DNA from: Nitrospirota bacterium
GTDB lineage: Bacteria > Nitrospirota > Thermodesulfovibrionia > Thermodesulfovibrionales > Dissulfurispiraceae
DNA length: 64,000 nt
Direction: 5' to 3'
NCBI GenBank assembly: GCA_963790025.1
Contig: CAWBMP010000002.1
Span: 672,001 to 736,000, forward strand
Under the pieces are notes generated by a model, which searched no databases, was not told the origin of the DNA, and saw only the letters and a program-made list of their open reading frames with translations. Within the stretch, counting starts at the first letter, position 1; each line of letters starts with the position of its first letter. This document shows positions 45,020 through 55,081 of the stretch, in pieces. The position numbers and the translations under genes were made by a program.

Positions 45020-45074
45020 ATGTAATTATCACATAAGGAAAAAAAGCAGTCAATGGAAAGATTTTTTTTAATTA

Positions 45075-45263
45075 AGTATTTGAGTTTATGGAGCTTGAGG
45101 AATACCTTGCCACTATCTTTCAGTCAAAGACTGATTTGGTTACAATTCGATTCGACTGCCTCTGTCACTTCTAGAGGCAATACGCATTGAGGCGAACAAG
45201 AGAGATGTGCCTTATCAATCGCTGATAAAGGTATGGTTATCAGAAAAGGGTCATCAATGCTGA
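45075..45263 (+). pseudogene. Fused remnants of an MNT C-terminus and a BrnA/CopG-type antitoxin C-terminus
   Basis: FMELEEYLATIFQSKTDLVT, then SIRLPLSLLEAIRIEANKRDVPYQSLIKVWLSEK. Confidence 0.65.
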
Positions 45264-45293
45264 GATCTGGAATCAGTCTAACCCTTTTTCTCC

Positions 45294-45536
45294 TTACGTA
45301 CTTCCCTTGTTTGCACGTTTGGCAAGGTTTTCAAATTGATGGTCCTGGACGAAAGACAAACGTTCCTGGAATATGACACAGTCTGCAAGATTCAGGATCC
45401 AAAAATTATCCGGTTTTAACTCCCTGGATTTAATAAGGGAATCAACTTCTTCACCGCTTCGGCAGGCAAAAAATGAATAATCTTCACTATGGTCGATAAC
45501 AAGAAAACGATCTGTTTTGTCTTTGAATGATCCCAT
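45294..45536 (-). CDS. Hypothetical protein
   Basis: 80-aa ORF with GGAGG RBS. Confidence 0.55.
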   Translation of the reverse strand: MGSFKDKTDRFLVIDHSEDYSFFACRSGEEVDSLIKSRELKPDNFWILNLADCVIFQERLSFVQDHQFENLAKRANKGST

Positions 45537-45835
45537 AAAGCCTCCTTCGGTGAAAGGAATTTTAAAGATCTTCATTTACAGATTAAAACAGAAATCGATA
45601 TCTCATCTCATACAATTATATAATACTATTATAAACACTTTACGTCCACTTAAAAAAAAGAATGCTTTATTGCTTCAGTTTAGTGCATAATATAAAGGTG
45701 ATGTTGCCTTTCTCACTTATTAGTGCTATTGAAATGGTGTGTGGCGTTTTCGGCAGAAATGTAGATCGCAGATGACCACGGGACATTTTGTCTTTGTGGT
45801 TTTTTTATTTCGCAGCAAAGGAGAACAACAGTATT

Positions 45836-46033
45836 ATGACGGGAACAGTAAAGTGGTTCAATGACTCAAAGGGTTTCGGATTTATTACCGCAGCGGATGG
45901 AAGCGACGTCTTTGTACATCATACCTCTATCGTTGCAAATGGCTTCAAGTCGCTTGCCGAAGGTGAGCAGGTGTCTTTCGATGTAGAAAAGGGCCCCAAA
46001 GGTCCAAAGGCACTGAACGTAGTTAAACAGTAG
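45836..46033 (+). CDS. Cold-shock protein (CspA family)
   Basis: GTVKWFN, KGFGFI, DVFVH. Confidence 0.96.
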   Translation: MTGTVKWFNDSKGFGFITAADGSDVFVHHTSIVANGFKSLAEGEQVSFDVEKGPKGPKALNVVKQ

Positions 46034-46058
46034 AAGAATCGGAAAAGACAAATAATAT

Positions 46059-46087
46059 GGCGGGTCTACCAGGCCCGCCTTTTTTTT
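46059..46087 (+). terminator. Intrinsic terminator of the csp gene
   Basis: GGCGGGTCT/AGGCCCGCC stem plus T8. Confidence 0.85.
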
Positions 46088-46204
46088 GCTAACACGCGAA
46101 TGCACCGTGCAAATTTAAACGTCCATAATATAGACTATAATTAGATCACGTGAAAGAAAGATGTTCCATTAAACTAAGCGAGGCTGTTAAAGACTATTAC
46201 GGGA

Positions 46205-46552
46205 ATGAACATGAATATTAAAAAAATAGTGGTAGTTATATTGGTGGTATTGACGCTGGCAATTGCTTTCAATTATTTCATGGGGACATCTATTATAATA
46301 AACGGCAAACAAGTAACCAGCGTAAGAGGTTACATAGCTGCATATCTGGCGTTGGTCCTCCTTGCCGGCGTGTTAGTCGTCGTTATCCCATCAGCCTTTA
46401 TACTTACTGCAGTGCTCGCAATAGTTTTTGGTATCTTTGTTATGATGTTCTTTCCTTTATTGCCCATTGCCTTTCTTTTGCTTCCAGGTGTTGTTTTTGC
46501 CGGTATCGTTTACCTTATTTATATATTTGTGAAAAAGAGAAAGTCGAAGTAG
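46205..46552 (+). CDS. Hypothetical membrane protein
   Basis: 115-aa highly hydrophobic ORF. Confidence 0.6.
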   Translation: MNMNIKKIVVVILVVLTLAIAFNYFMGTSIIINGKQVTSVRGYIAAYLALVLLAGVLVVVIPSAFILTAVLAIVFGIFVMMFFPLLPIAFLLLPGVVFAGIVYLIYIFVKKRKSK

Positions 46553-46730
46553 GTTTCTTGAAATTTCTTGTCAAAACCATGGGCTCAATGATATCAGCCT
46601 ATTAAGGCGGGTGGATGGGGGGCTTTGTCGGGCTGGGTACATCGCTGTTTGCAGGCATTATTTTGAGTATAGTAGGATGGTATTCAGCGAAATACTTATG
46701 GAATGAGTACATGGAATAATTTATATCAGT

Positions 46731-46760
46731 AAAAAAAGGGGGCTATGCAGCCCCCTTTTT
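46731..46760. terminator. Bidirectional intrinsic terminator after ahcY
   Basis: A7-GGGGGCT-ATGC-AGCCCCC-T5. Confidence 0.85.
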
Positions 46761-46777
46761 GGTATGTCCAGGTTAGT

Positions 46778-48037
<1,260 letters not shown>

Positions 48038-48124
48038 CTATCCTCCTTTTTATAGTGTCTGTGCCAGTGTCAGCGTCAGTTTATGTATTACTTTTCTGTC
48101 ACTGACACTTTCACTGACACTGGT

Positions 48125-49279
48125 TTATATTCCCGCCTGTTTCTTAAGTGTTTCCGCTACGTCCGTGTGCTCCCAGGTAAATTCCTTTTCGCTCCTGCCG
48201 AAATGCCCGTATGCAGCGGTTTTCCTGTAAATGGGTCTCCTCAGGTCGAGATGGTCGATGATGCCTTTTGGCGTCATATCGAAATTTTTAACGATCAGGC
48301 TGGATATTTCCGTATCGCCGATCTTCCCGGTGCCGAACGTATCGACATATACCGATACAGGCTGGGGCACTCCGATCGCGTAAGCTACCTGTATCTCGCA
48401 ACGCGACGCAATCCCTGAGGCAACTATATTCTTCGCGATATACCGTGCCATATACGAGGCGGAACGGTCCACCTTTGAGGGGTCTTTTCCGGAAAAGCAG
48501 CCTCCTCCGTGACTCCCGACACCGCCATATGTATCGACAATAATTTTCCTCCCGGTCAGTCCTGTATCGCCTTGAGGGCCTCCGATAACAAAACGGCCGG
48601 TCGGGTTGATATGGTATACAACTGTTTCCTCATCAAGCAGCTCGGAAGGAATAACAGGTTTTATTACTTTCTCTATTATGTCCTCCCTCATTTCTTTCAG
48701 GGTTATGTCAGGGCTATGCTGGGATGATATAACAACGGTGCGAACCTTGTACGGCTTCCCGTCTTTATATTCGATCGAAACCTGGGACTTGCCATCAGGC
48801 CGGAGATAGCTCAGGACATCAGTTTTTCTCACCTCTGACAGCCTCCTTGTCAGCTTGTGGGCAAGCATGAGCGTCATCGGCATCATTTCAGGCGTCTCGT
48901 CACATGCAAAACCGAACATCAATCCCTGATCTCCGGCCCCGCCGGTGTCAACGCCCATGGATATATCAAGAGACTGCCTGTCGATAGCTGTTATAACAGC
49001 ACAGGTCTCATAATCAAAGCCGTACTTTGCCCTTGTATAGCCGATATCCCTGATAGTTTCCCTGACAATGTCAGGGATATGAACATAGCAGTTTGTTGTA
49101 ATTTCACCTGCAACAAATGCCATTCCGGTCGTCACAAGACATTCGCATGCGACACGCGCAAACTTGTCCTGTCCGATGATTGCATCCAGTATTGAATCCG
49201 ATATCTGGTCTGCAATCTTGTCGGGATGCCCCTCTGTGACAGACTCGGACGTAAACAAGTAATTTTTACCATTTCCCAT
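48125..49279 (-). CDS. metK: Methionine adenosyltransferase
   Basis: [27 protein letters not shown]. Confidence 0.98.
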   Translation of the reverse strand: MGNGKNYLFTSESVTEGHPDKIADQISDSILDAIIGQDKFARVACECLVTTGMAFVAGEITTNCYVHIPDIVRETIRDIGYTRAKYGFDYETCAVITAIDRQSLDISMGVDTGGAGDQGLMFGFACDETPEMMPMTLMLAHKLTRRLSEVRKTDVLSYLRPDGKSQVSIEYKDGKPYKVRTVVISSQHSPDITLKEMREDIIEKVIKPVIPSELLDEETVVYHINPTGRFVIGGPQGDTGLTGRKIIVDTYGGVGSHGGGCFSGKDPSKVDRSASYMARYIAKNIVASGIASRCEIQVAYAIGVPQPVSVYVDTFGTGKIGDTEISSLIVKNFDMTPKGIIDHLDLRRPIYRKTAAYGHFGRSEKEFTWEHTDVAETLKKQAGI

Positions 49280-49330
49280 GGCTCACCTCCCGTGAATATA
49301 TCAAGAACTAAATGCTCTCAAAACAACAGT

Positions 49331-50353
49331 CTATTGTGCCTGTCTGATAAGCTCCTCGGCAATCTGCACTGCATTTAATGCCGCGCCCTTTCTCAGGTTG
49401 TCGGAGACAATCCAGAGATTGATCCCGTTTTCGATGGACTCGTCTTCCCTGATCCTGCCTATGTACACATCATCCTTGCCGGATATCTCGACCGGAAGAG
49501 GGTATACGTTTTTATCCGGGGCATCAAGCAGCGTGATTCCTGGGGCCGTCGAAAAAAGTGCGCGGACCTCATCCGGGGTGATCTTTATTTTAGTCTCTAT
49601 GTTCACCGCTTCGGAATGCCCCCTGAAAACAGGCACGCGGACTGTTGTAGCCGTCACTTTTATCGAAGCGTCACCCATGATCTTTTGCGTCTCGTTGACC
49701 ATTTTCATCTCTTCCTTCGTGTAGCCGTTTTCAAGAAATTTATCGATATGGGGCAGCACATTGAACGCTATCTGATGCGGATAGACTTCGCACTTGATCT
49801 CCCTGAAATTGAGCAGGTCGGTTGTCTGATGAAGGAGTTCATCCATGGCTTTCTTCCCCGTACCCGAGACCGCCTGAAAGGTTGTCACAACCACCCTGTT
49901 TATTTTTGCCGCGTCATGTATGGGCTTCAGTGCCACAACCATTTGGATCGTCGAGCAATTAGGGTTAGCAATAATGCCTTTGTGCCATTTCAGGTCGTGG
50001 GCATTTACCTCCGGTACCACAAGTGGAATAGCCGGGTCCATCCTCCACTGGCTTGAGTTGTCCACAACAACGCATCCCGATTGTGCGGCTATAGGCGCCC
50101 ATATCTTCGAACGTTCGGCGCCAGCCGAAAAAAGAGCGATATCTATGCCCTTGAATGAATTTTCGTTCAGGGTCTCCACAGGGATGCCCTCGCCTTTGAA
50201 TTCGAGAGTGTTCCCTTCGGACCTTTCCGACGCAAACAGTCTCAGCTTATCTACGGGAAACTTCCGCTCCTCAAGCACCTCGATCATTTCGTTCCCAACG
50301 GCGCCCGTTGCTCCTACCACCGCCGCCACATATCTATCTTTTTTCTTTAACAT
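49331..50353 (-). CDS. asd: Aspartate-semialdehyde dehydrogenase
   Basis: GATGAVG, ANPNCSTIQ, DNLRKGAALN. ATG at 50353. Confidence 0.97.
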   Translation of the reverse strand: MLKKKDRYVAAVVGATGAVGNEMIEVLEERKFPVDKLRLFASERSEGNTLEFKGEGIPVETLNENSFKGIDIALFSAGAERSKIWAPIAAQSGCVVVDNSSQWRMDPAIPLVVPEVNAHDLKWHKGIIANPNCSTIQMVVALKPIHDAAKINRVVVTTFQAVSGTGKKAMDELLHQTTDLLNFREIKCEVYPHQIAFNVLPHIDKFLENGYTKEEMKMVNETQKIMGDASIKVTATTVRVPVFRGHSEAVNIETKIKITPDEVRALFSTAPGITLLDAPDKNVYPLPVEISGKDDVYIGRIREDESIENGINLWIVSDNLRKGAALNAVQIAEELIRQAQ

Positions 50354-50371
50354 CTCCTCACCCCTTCTCAA

Positions 50372-50515
50372 AGTAAGCAGTATGAAGTAGTCAGTAAGCA
50401 GCAAAGACTTAAAAAGAATGGATTCCCGCATACGCGGGAATGATCTTAACAAATTCTGTTTTTCTTTGCCGCTTATTGCTGCCTATTGCCTACTGCTTAC
50501 TGGTTGTTGCTGCCC
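50372..50515. repeat. Heptamer-repeat hairpin (AGTAAGC/GCTTACT-like) enclosing an ATTCCCGC-N4-GCGGGAAT palindrome
   Basis: Degenerate 7-mer arms, with a perfect 8-bp inverted repeat at 50422-50441. Confidence 0.65.
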
Positions 50516-50520
50516 AACTT

Positions 50521-51600
50521 TTATTTTAGATGTTTTGCCACTAAATCTCCAACCTCTGTAGTGGTATGACCCATTTGGCCCGCAGCCTGGCTCTTCATTT
50601 GCTGCATTACCGTCAGCATTGCCGCCTCAATCGACTGCGCGGCCTTTGCTTCGCCAAGTGTATCGAGCATCATCATAGCAGCGCCGATGGCCGCCATGGG
50701 ATTTATAACGTTCTTGCCGGCATACTTCGGGGCACTGCCTCCCATCGGCTCGAACATCGAAACACCTTCAGGGTTGATGTTCCCTCCGGACGCCACTCCG
50801 AGCCCGCCCTGTATCATGGCGCCAAGGTCGGTGATGATGTCGCCGAAAAGGTTTTCCGTGACAGCCACGTCGAACCATTCAGGGTTCTTCACGAACCACA
50901 TATTCGCAGCATCAACGTGGTTGTAGTCCCGTTTAAGCTCCGGGTAGTTCTTTGATCCCATCTCTTCAAAAGCGCGGTACCAGAGATCTCCGCAATGGGT
51001 TAGCACGTTCCTCTTGTGGATAAGCGTAATAGGTTTCTTTGCATATTTCGGGTCTACAGCGTTGCGCCTCTTCTTCAGCTCGAATGCATACTTCAGACAG
51101 CGGTCCACCGTCCGGCGATCGTACACCATAAGCTGCGTGGCGATCTCATCCGGGGTCCCCACACGCGTAGCACCACCGTGACCCGTGTATATGCCGCCGG
51201 TATTCTCGCGAATAACCACAAAATCTATGTCCGCTGGTCCCTTGTCCCTGAGCGGTGTCTCCACGTTGGGATATAGTTTTACAGGCCGGAGATTTATGTA
51301 TTGATCAAGAGCAAAGCGAATCTTAAGAAGAATTTCCGTTTCGAGTATGCCGGGTTTTACATCAGGGTGGCCTATGGCGCCCAGAAAGATCGAATTGAAC
51401 TTTCTGAATTCTTCAATCGCACTGTCGGGAAGCGTCTCACCCGACTTCAAATAGCGCGCACCGCCGAAGTCGAATTTAGTAAATTCGAGCCTGAACCCGA
51501 ACTTTGACGAAGCTGCCTTGAGGACTTTTATGCCCTCGGCCACTACCTCCGGGCCTGTTCCGTCTCCCGGTATTACCGCTACTGTATATGTCTTGCTCAT
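50521..51600 (-). CDS. leuB: 3-isopropylmalate dehydrogenase
   Basis: GDGTGPEV, NLRPV, RENT, NLFGDIITD. Follows leuD. Confidence 0.92.
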   Translation of the reverse strand: MSKTYTVAVIPGDGTGPEVVAEGIKVLKAASSKFGFRLEFTKFDFGGARYLKSGETLPDSAIEEFRKFNSIFLGAIGHPDVKPGILETEILLKIRFALDQYINLRPVKLYPNVETPLRDKGPADIDFVVIRENTGGIYTGHGGATRVGTPDEIATQLMVYDRRTVDRCLKYAFELKKRRNAVDPKYAKKPITLIHKRNVLTHCGDLWYRAFEEMGSKNYPELKRDYNHVDAANMWFVKNPEWFDVAVTENLFGDIITDLGAMIQGGLGVASGGNINPEGVSMFEPMGGSAPKYAGKNVINPMAAIGAAMMMLDTLGEAKAAQSIEAAMLTVMQQMKSQAAGQMGHTTTEVGDLVAKHLK

Positions 51601-52100
51601 ACTGCCGCTCCTTTCATACGCTTCTTTGTCCACGCGATCAACCCGCCCGAGCTTATCAGTTCCTGCATAAAGGGAGGGATCGGGTTGGCAATATATTGTT
51701 CGCCGGTGGTGGTATTATTGATGACACCCTTATCAGCATCGACCTCTATTACATCTCCCTCTTTAATCCGTTCCGATGCCTCTTCAGACTCAAATATGGG
51801 AAGCCCTATATTGAAAGAGTTGCGGTAGAATATACGCGCAAAGCTTTTTGCAATGACTGCCTGGATACCGGCGGCCTTTATTGCAATTGGGGCATGTTCC
51901 CGGGAAGAGCCGCACCCGAAATTCTTGCCTGCAACGATGAGATCGCCGGCTTGCATTTTGGAAGGAAATTCCTTATCGGCATCCTCCATGACATGGCGGG
52001 CAAGCTCTGCATGATCGGATGTATTAAGATATCTCGCCGGGATAATAGCATCAGTATCTATATCGTCCCCAAACCTCCAGACTTTTCCTTTAAGTAACAT
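51597..52100 (-). CDS. leuD: 3-isopropylmalate dehydratase small subunit
   Basis: DIDTDAIIPARYL, NFGCGSSREHA. Confidence 0.95.
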   Translation of the reverse strand: MLLKGKVWRFGDDIDTDAIIPARYLNTSDHAELARHVMEDADKEFPSKMQAGDLIVAGKNFGCGSSREHAPIAIKAAGIQAVIAKSFARIFYRNSFNIGLPIFESEEASERIKEGDVIEVDADKGVINNTTTGEQYIANPIPPFMQELISSGGLIAWTKKRMKGAAV

Positions 52101-52181
52101 GGCAAACCTCCCCAAAAAATTGCTTTACTGAAAGTTATTGTAATAAACTTATTATTATACAGTGAGCGTCAATAATTTTCT

Positions 52182-53150
52182 ATGAAAAAAGTTATCATCA
52201 TGCTCGGCCCCACCGGCGTCGGGAAAACAGCTGTATCACTCCTCCTTGCCAAAGCCTTGCATTCGGAAATTATCAGCGCAGATTCGATGCAGATATACCG
52301 GCACATGGATATAGGGACCGCCAAACCTTCAGTCCTTGAACTGCGCCAAGTAAAGCACCATATGATTGATGTGGTCGAACCGTGGGAGTCGTTCAGTACA
52401 GGAGCGTATATCACTCATGTCAGGGCTGTTATCGATACACTGATAGACAAAGAGAAAATCCCGATCATTGTAGGCGGCACTGGATTATATATAAAGGCAA
52501 TGACGCGGGGCATATTCAGCGGTCCTTCTGCGGACTGGGAACTGAGGAATAAATTGAGAGAAAAGGAAAAGGAGGACCCGGGATTCCTTTACGATTATTT
52601 GAAATCACTCGATGCCGTGTCTGCCTCGAAGATTATGCCCGCTGACGCGAGAAGGATAATCAGGGCGCTGGAGGTCTGTCTGAAGGGAGACCGGAGCATG
52701 TCGGCAATGTGTGAGACATTAACCAAACCCCTGCCACATAAGTTCATAAAGATAGGCATCACAAGGGACCGAAAGGAACTTTATCCCCTGATAGAAACAA
52801 GGGTCGACACTATGGTCAAACAGGGTCTTGTGGATGAAGTTAAGCAAGTTATCAAGTTCATAAAGGACGCGGAGATATCCGCCGATTCCCCGATTCCCGT
52901 TTCGTCTCTTTCTTCCATGCAGGCCATAGGGTACAAGGAAATAGCAATGCATTTAAATGGCGTGATCAGCCTGGATGAAGCCATTGGTCTCATCAAGCAA
53001 AGGTCGCGGAACTACGCAAAGCGGCAGTTCACCTGGTTTAAAAAAGAAGAAGGGATTCAATGGGTGGACGTGACGGGGATATATGATCCAAATACAATAT
53101 TCCAGAAAGTTATGCAATTTATTCCTGTCCGCAAGGAGATATCTTTATGA
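52182..53150 (+). CDS. miaA: tRNA dimethylallyltransferase
   Basis: GPTGVGKT, DSMQIY, GGTGLY, YAKRQFTWF. Confidence 0.97.
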   Translation: MKKVIIMLGPTGVGKTAVSLLLAKALHSEIISADSMQIYRHMDIGTAKPSVLELRQVKHHMIDVVEPWESFSTGAYITHVRAVIDTLIDKEKIPIIVGGTGLYIKAMTRGIFSGPSADWELRNKLREKEKEDPGFLYDYLKSLDAVSASKIMPADARRIIRALEVCLKGDRSMSAMCETLTKPLPHKFIKIGITRDRKELYPLIETRVDTMVKQGLVDEVKQVIKFIKDAEISADSPIPVSSLSSMQAIGYKEIAMHLNGVISLDEAIGLIKQRSRNYAKRQFTWFKKEEGIQWVDVTGIYDPNTIFQKVMQFIPVRKEISL

Positions 53151-54175
53151 AAGCAATGATCCTGAAGAAAATCTGTTCCCTTGATGCATCTTCTGAGCCC
53201 CTTGAGTTGACCGACACGCCTGTCCCTGCCCCCGGAGCGGGAGAAATACTTATAGAAGTTTCAGTATGCGGGGTTTGCCATACCGAACTCGATGAAATTG
53301 AAGGAAGGACGCCTCCGTCGATATTTCCGGTTGTTTTAGGCCACCAGGTTGTAGGAAAGGTGGAAAAGGCCGGTGACAATACAAGGCGTTTTAAAAAAGG
53401 CGACCGTGTCGGGGTTGGATGGATCAACTCTGCATGCGGGAAATGCGGGGCCTGCAGGGAAGACAATGAGAATCTCTGCAATGATTTCAAGGCAACAGGA
53501 AGGGATGCCAACGGCGGTTACGCTGAATACATGGTTATAGCTGAAGATTTTGCCTATAATATTCCCGATGTTTTTTCCGATTCGGAGGCTGCACCGCTCC
53601 TGTGCGCAGGCGCAATAGGTTATCGTTCGCTGCGGCTGACCGGGATGGCAAATGGCGACAATATCGGTCTTGTAGGTTTCGGAGCTTCAGGACATTTGGT
53701 CCTTAAAATGGTGAACCATAAATTCCCGCGGTCAAAAATCTACGTTTTTTCACGGACAGAAAATGAAAGAGAATTTGCACGGGAACTCGGCGCATCCTGG
53801 GCCGGAGATTTTGAGGATGCTCCGCCCGGCAAGCTCCGCTTTGCCATTGATACCACTCCGGCGTGGAAGCCTGTAGTGGCGGCCCTGGGGAACCTCGAAA
53901 AAGGCGGCAGGCTCGTAATAAACGCTATCAGGAAAGAAGATAAGGACAAGGAGGCACTGATGGCCCTCGACTATAGCCGGCACCTTTGGATGGAAAAAGA
54001 GATAAAGAGCGTTGCCAACATAACCCGAAAAGATATTGAGGACTTTCTGGAACTCGCTGCGGATATCCCTATAAGACCTGAGGTCCAGGAATACAGGCTT
54101 GAGGAAGCGAATACAGCCCTCCGTGAATTGAAAGAGCGCAAGATCAGGGGCGCAAAAGTTTTGCGAATCGGTTAG
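53147..54175 (+). CDS. Zinc-dependent alcohol dehydrogenase family protein
   Basis: CGVCHT, CGKCGAC...C, LLCAGAIGY, GFGASG. Confidence 0.92.
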   Translation: MKAMILKKICSLDASSEPLELTDTPVPAPGAGEILIEVSVCGVCHTELDEIEGRTPPSIFPVVLGHQVVGKVEKAGDNTRRFKKGDRVGVGWINSACGKCGACREDNENLCNDFKATGRDANGGYAEYMVIAEDFAYNIPDVFSDSEAAPLLCAGAIGYRSLRLTGMANGDNIGLVGFGASGHLVLKMVNHKFPRSKIYVFSRTENEREFARELGASWAGDFEDAPPGKLRFAIDTTPAWKPVVAALGNLEKGGRLVINAIRKEDKDKEALMALDYSRHLWMEKEIKSVANITRKDIEDFLELAADIPIRPEVQEYRLEEANTALRELKERKIRGAKVLRIG

Positions 54176-54269
54176 TTTAGTTATACGTGTTTGTTTAACG
54201 AAATGATATAATTAGCTGAGATCGGACGAAGAAAAAACTGAGACTGGAAATAGCGGAAGGGAGGTTATG

Positions 54270-54506
54270 ATGGAGCGGATAACAGTCAATCCTGCGATCC
54301 TGGGGGGAAAGCCTATTGTAAAAGGCACAAGAATATATGTGGAATTTGTTCTTGAACTGTTTGCATCAGGCATCACAGAGGATGAAATCCTTCAGGATTA
54401 CCCGCATCTGACAAAAGAGGATATCCATGCCTGCCTTGAGTACACCGCATATGCACTGAAGAACGAGATAATTGTTGAACTGGAAACAGCTTCTTCCTGT
54501 ACCTGA
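54270..54506 (+). CDS. DUF433 antitoxin-like protein (orphan)
   Basis: ILGGKPIVKGTRI, EILQDYPHLTKEDIHACLEY. Confidence 0.9.
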   Translation: MERITVNPAILGGKPIVKGTRIYVEFVLELFASGITEDEILQDYPHLTKEDIHACLEYTAYALKNEIIVELETASSCT

Positions 54507-54862
54507 CACCAATTGCGATTTCCTTAACCTGTCTCTTTCCGTTTGTACTGAACACTATAGGAAGATGAGAGCGAACGTTTAGTTCTCCCTAAAAGAAACA
54601 GAATCGGCACATCATCTGAATTATAAGCTTTCAACTCGTAATTCGTAAAAACTAATGACCACGAAGAGTGCTCATTATGGCAATTAACAATCTCGTTTGG
54701 GATGCGATCTGGAAGAGTGCTATCTGTCCAATACCTCCCTGATCTTTGTCATCAATAATATAAACTCTTTGGGGTGTCCATCAATTCGGGGAAAGGGCAG
54801 TGCCATCATGAGGAAAAAAACGGCAGGCCGAGGGATATGGAAGAGACCTGCCCCTTGCAAGT

Positions 54863-54988
54863 TCATCTTCGCATCATTTGGAGGGAATTACCTTCAGCCT
54901 TTTCTTTTTTTGCTTGTCTTTTTTCTTTCAGGATGTGCTGAGGTTTTTTCTTTGCATTTGGTTTTTGCTTGTTGTTTTCTTTGCTCAT
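54863..54988 (-). CDS. 41-aa lysine-rich small protein (missed by ORF track)
   Basis: MSKENNKQKPNAKKKPQHILKEKRQAKKEKAEGNSLQMMRR. Strong AAGGAGG RBS. Confidence 0.6.
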   Translation of the reverse strand: MSKENNKQKPNAKKKPQHILKEKRQAKKEKAEGNSLQMMRR

Positions 54989-55081
54989 GATGTCCTCCTT
55001 GATAAGGCTTAATATTATTCTACTGCATCCATTAGAATAGGCAATAGGACGTAATACGACTACCGCGTTGTTTGCCTCTGT

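Noticed and set aside
49280..49330. SAM riboswitch upstream of metK
   Set aside because: The gap is only ~50 bp and has no recognisable aptamer.
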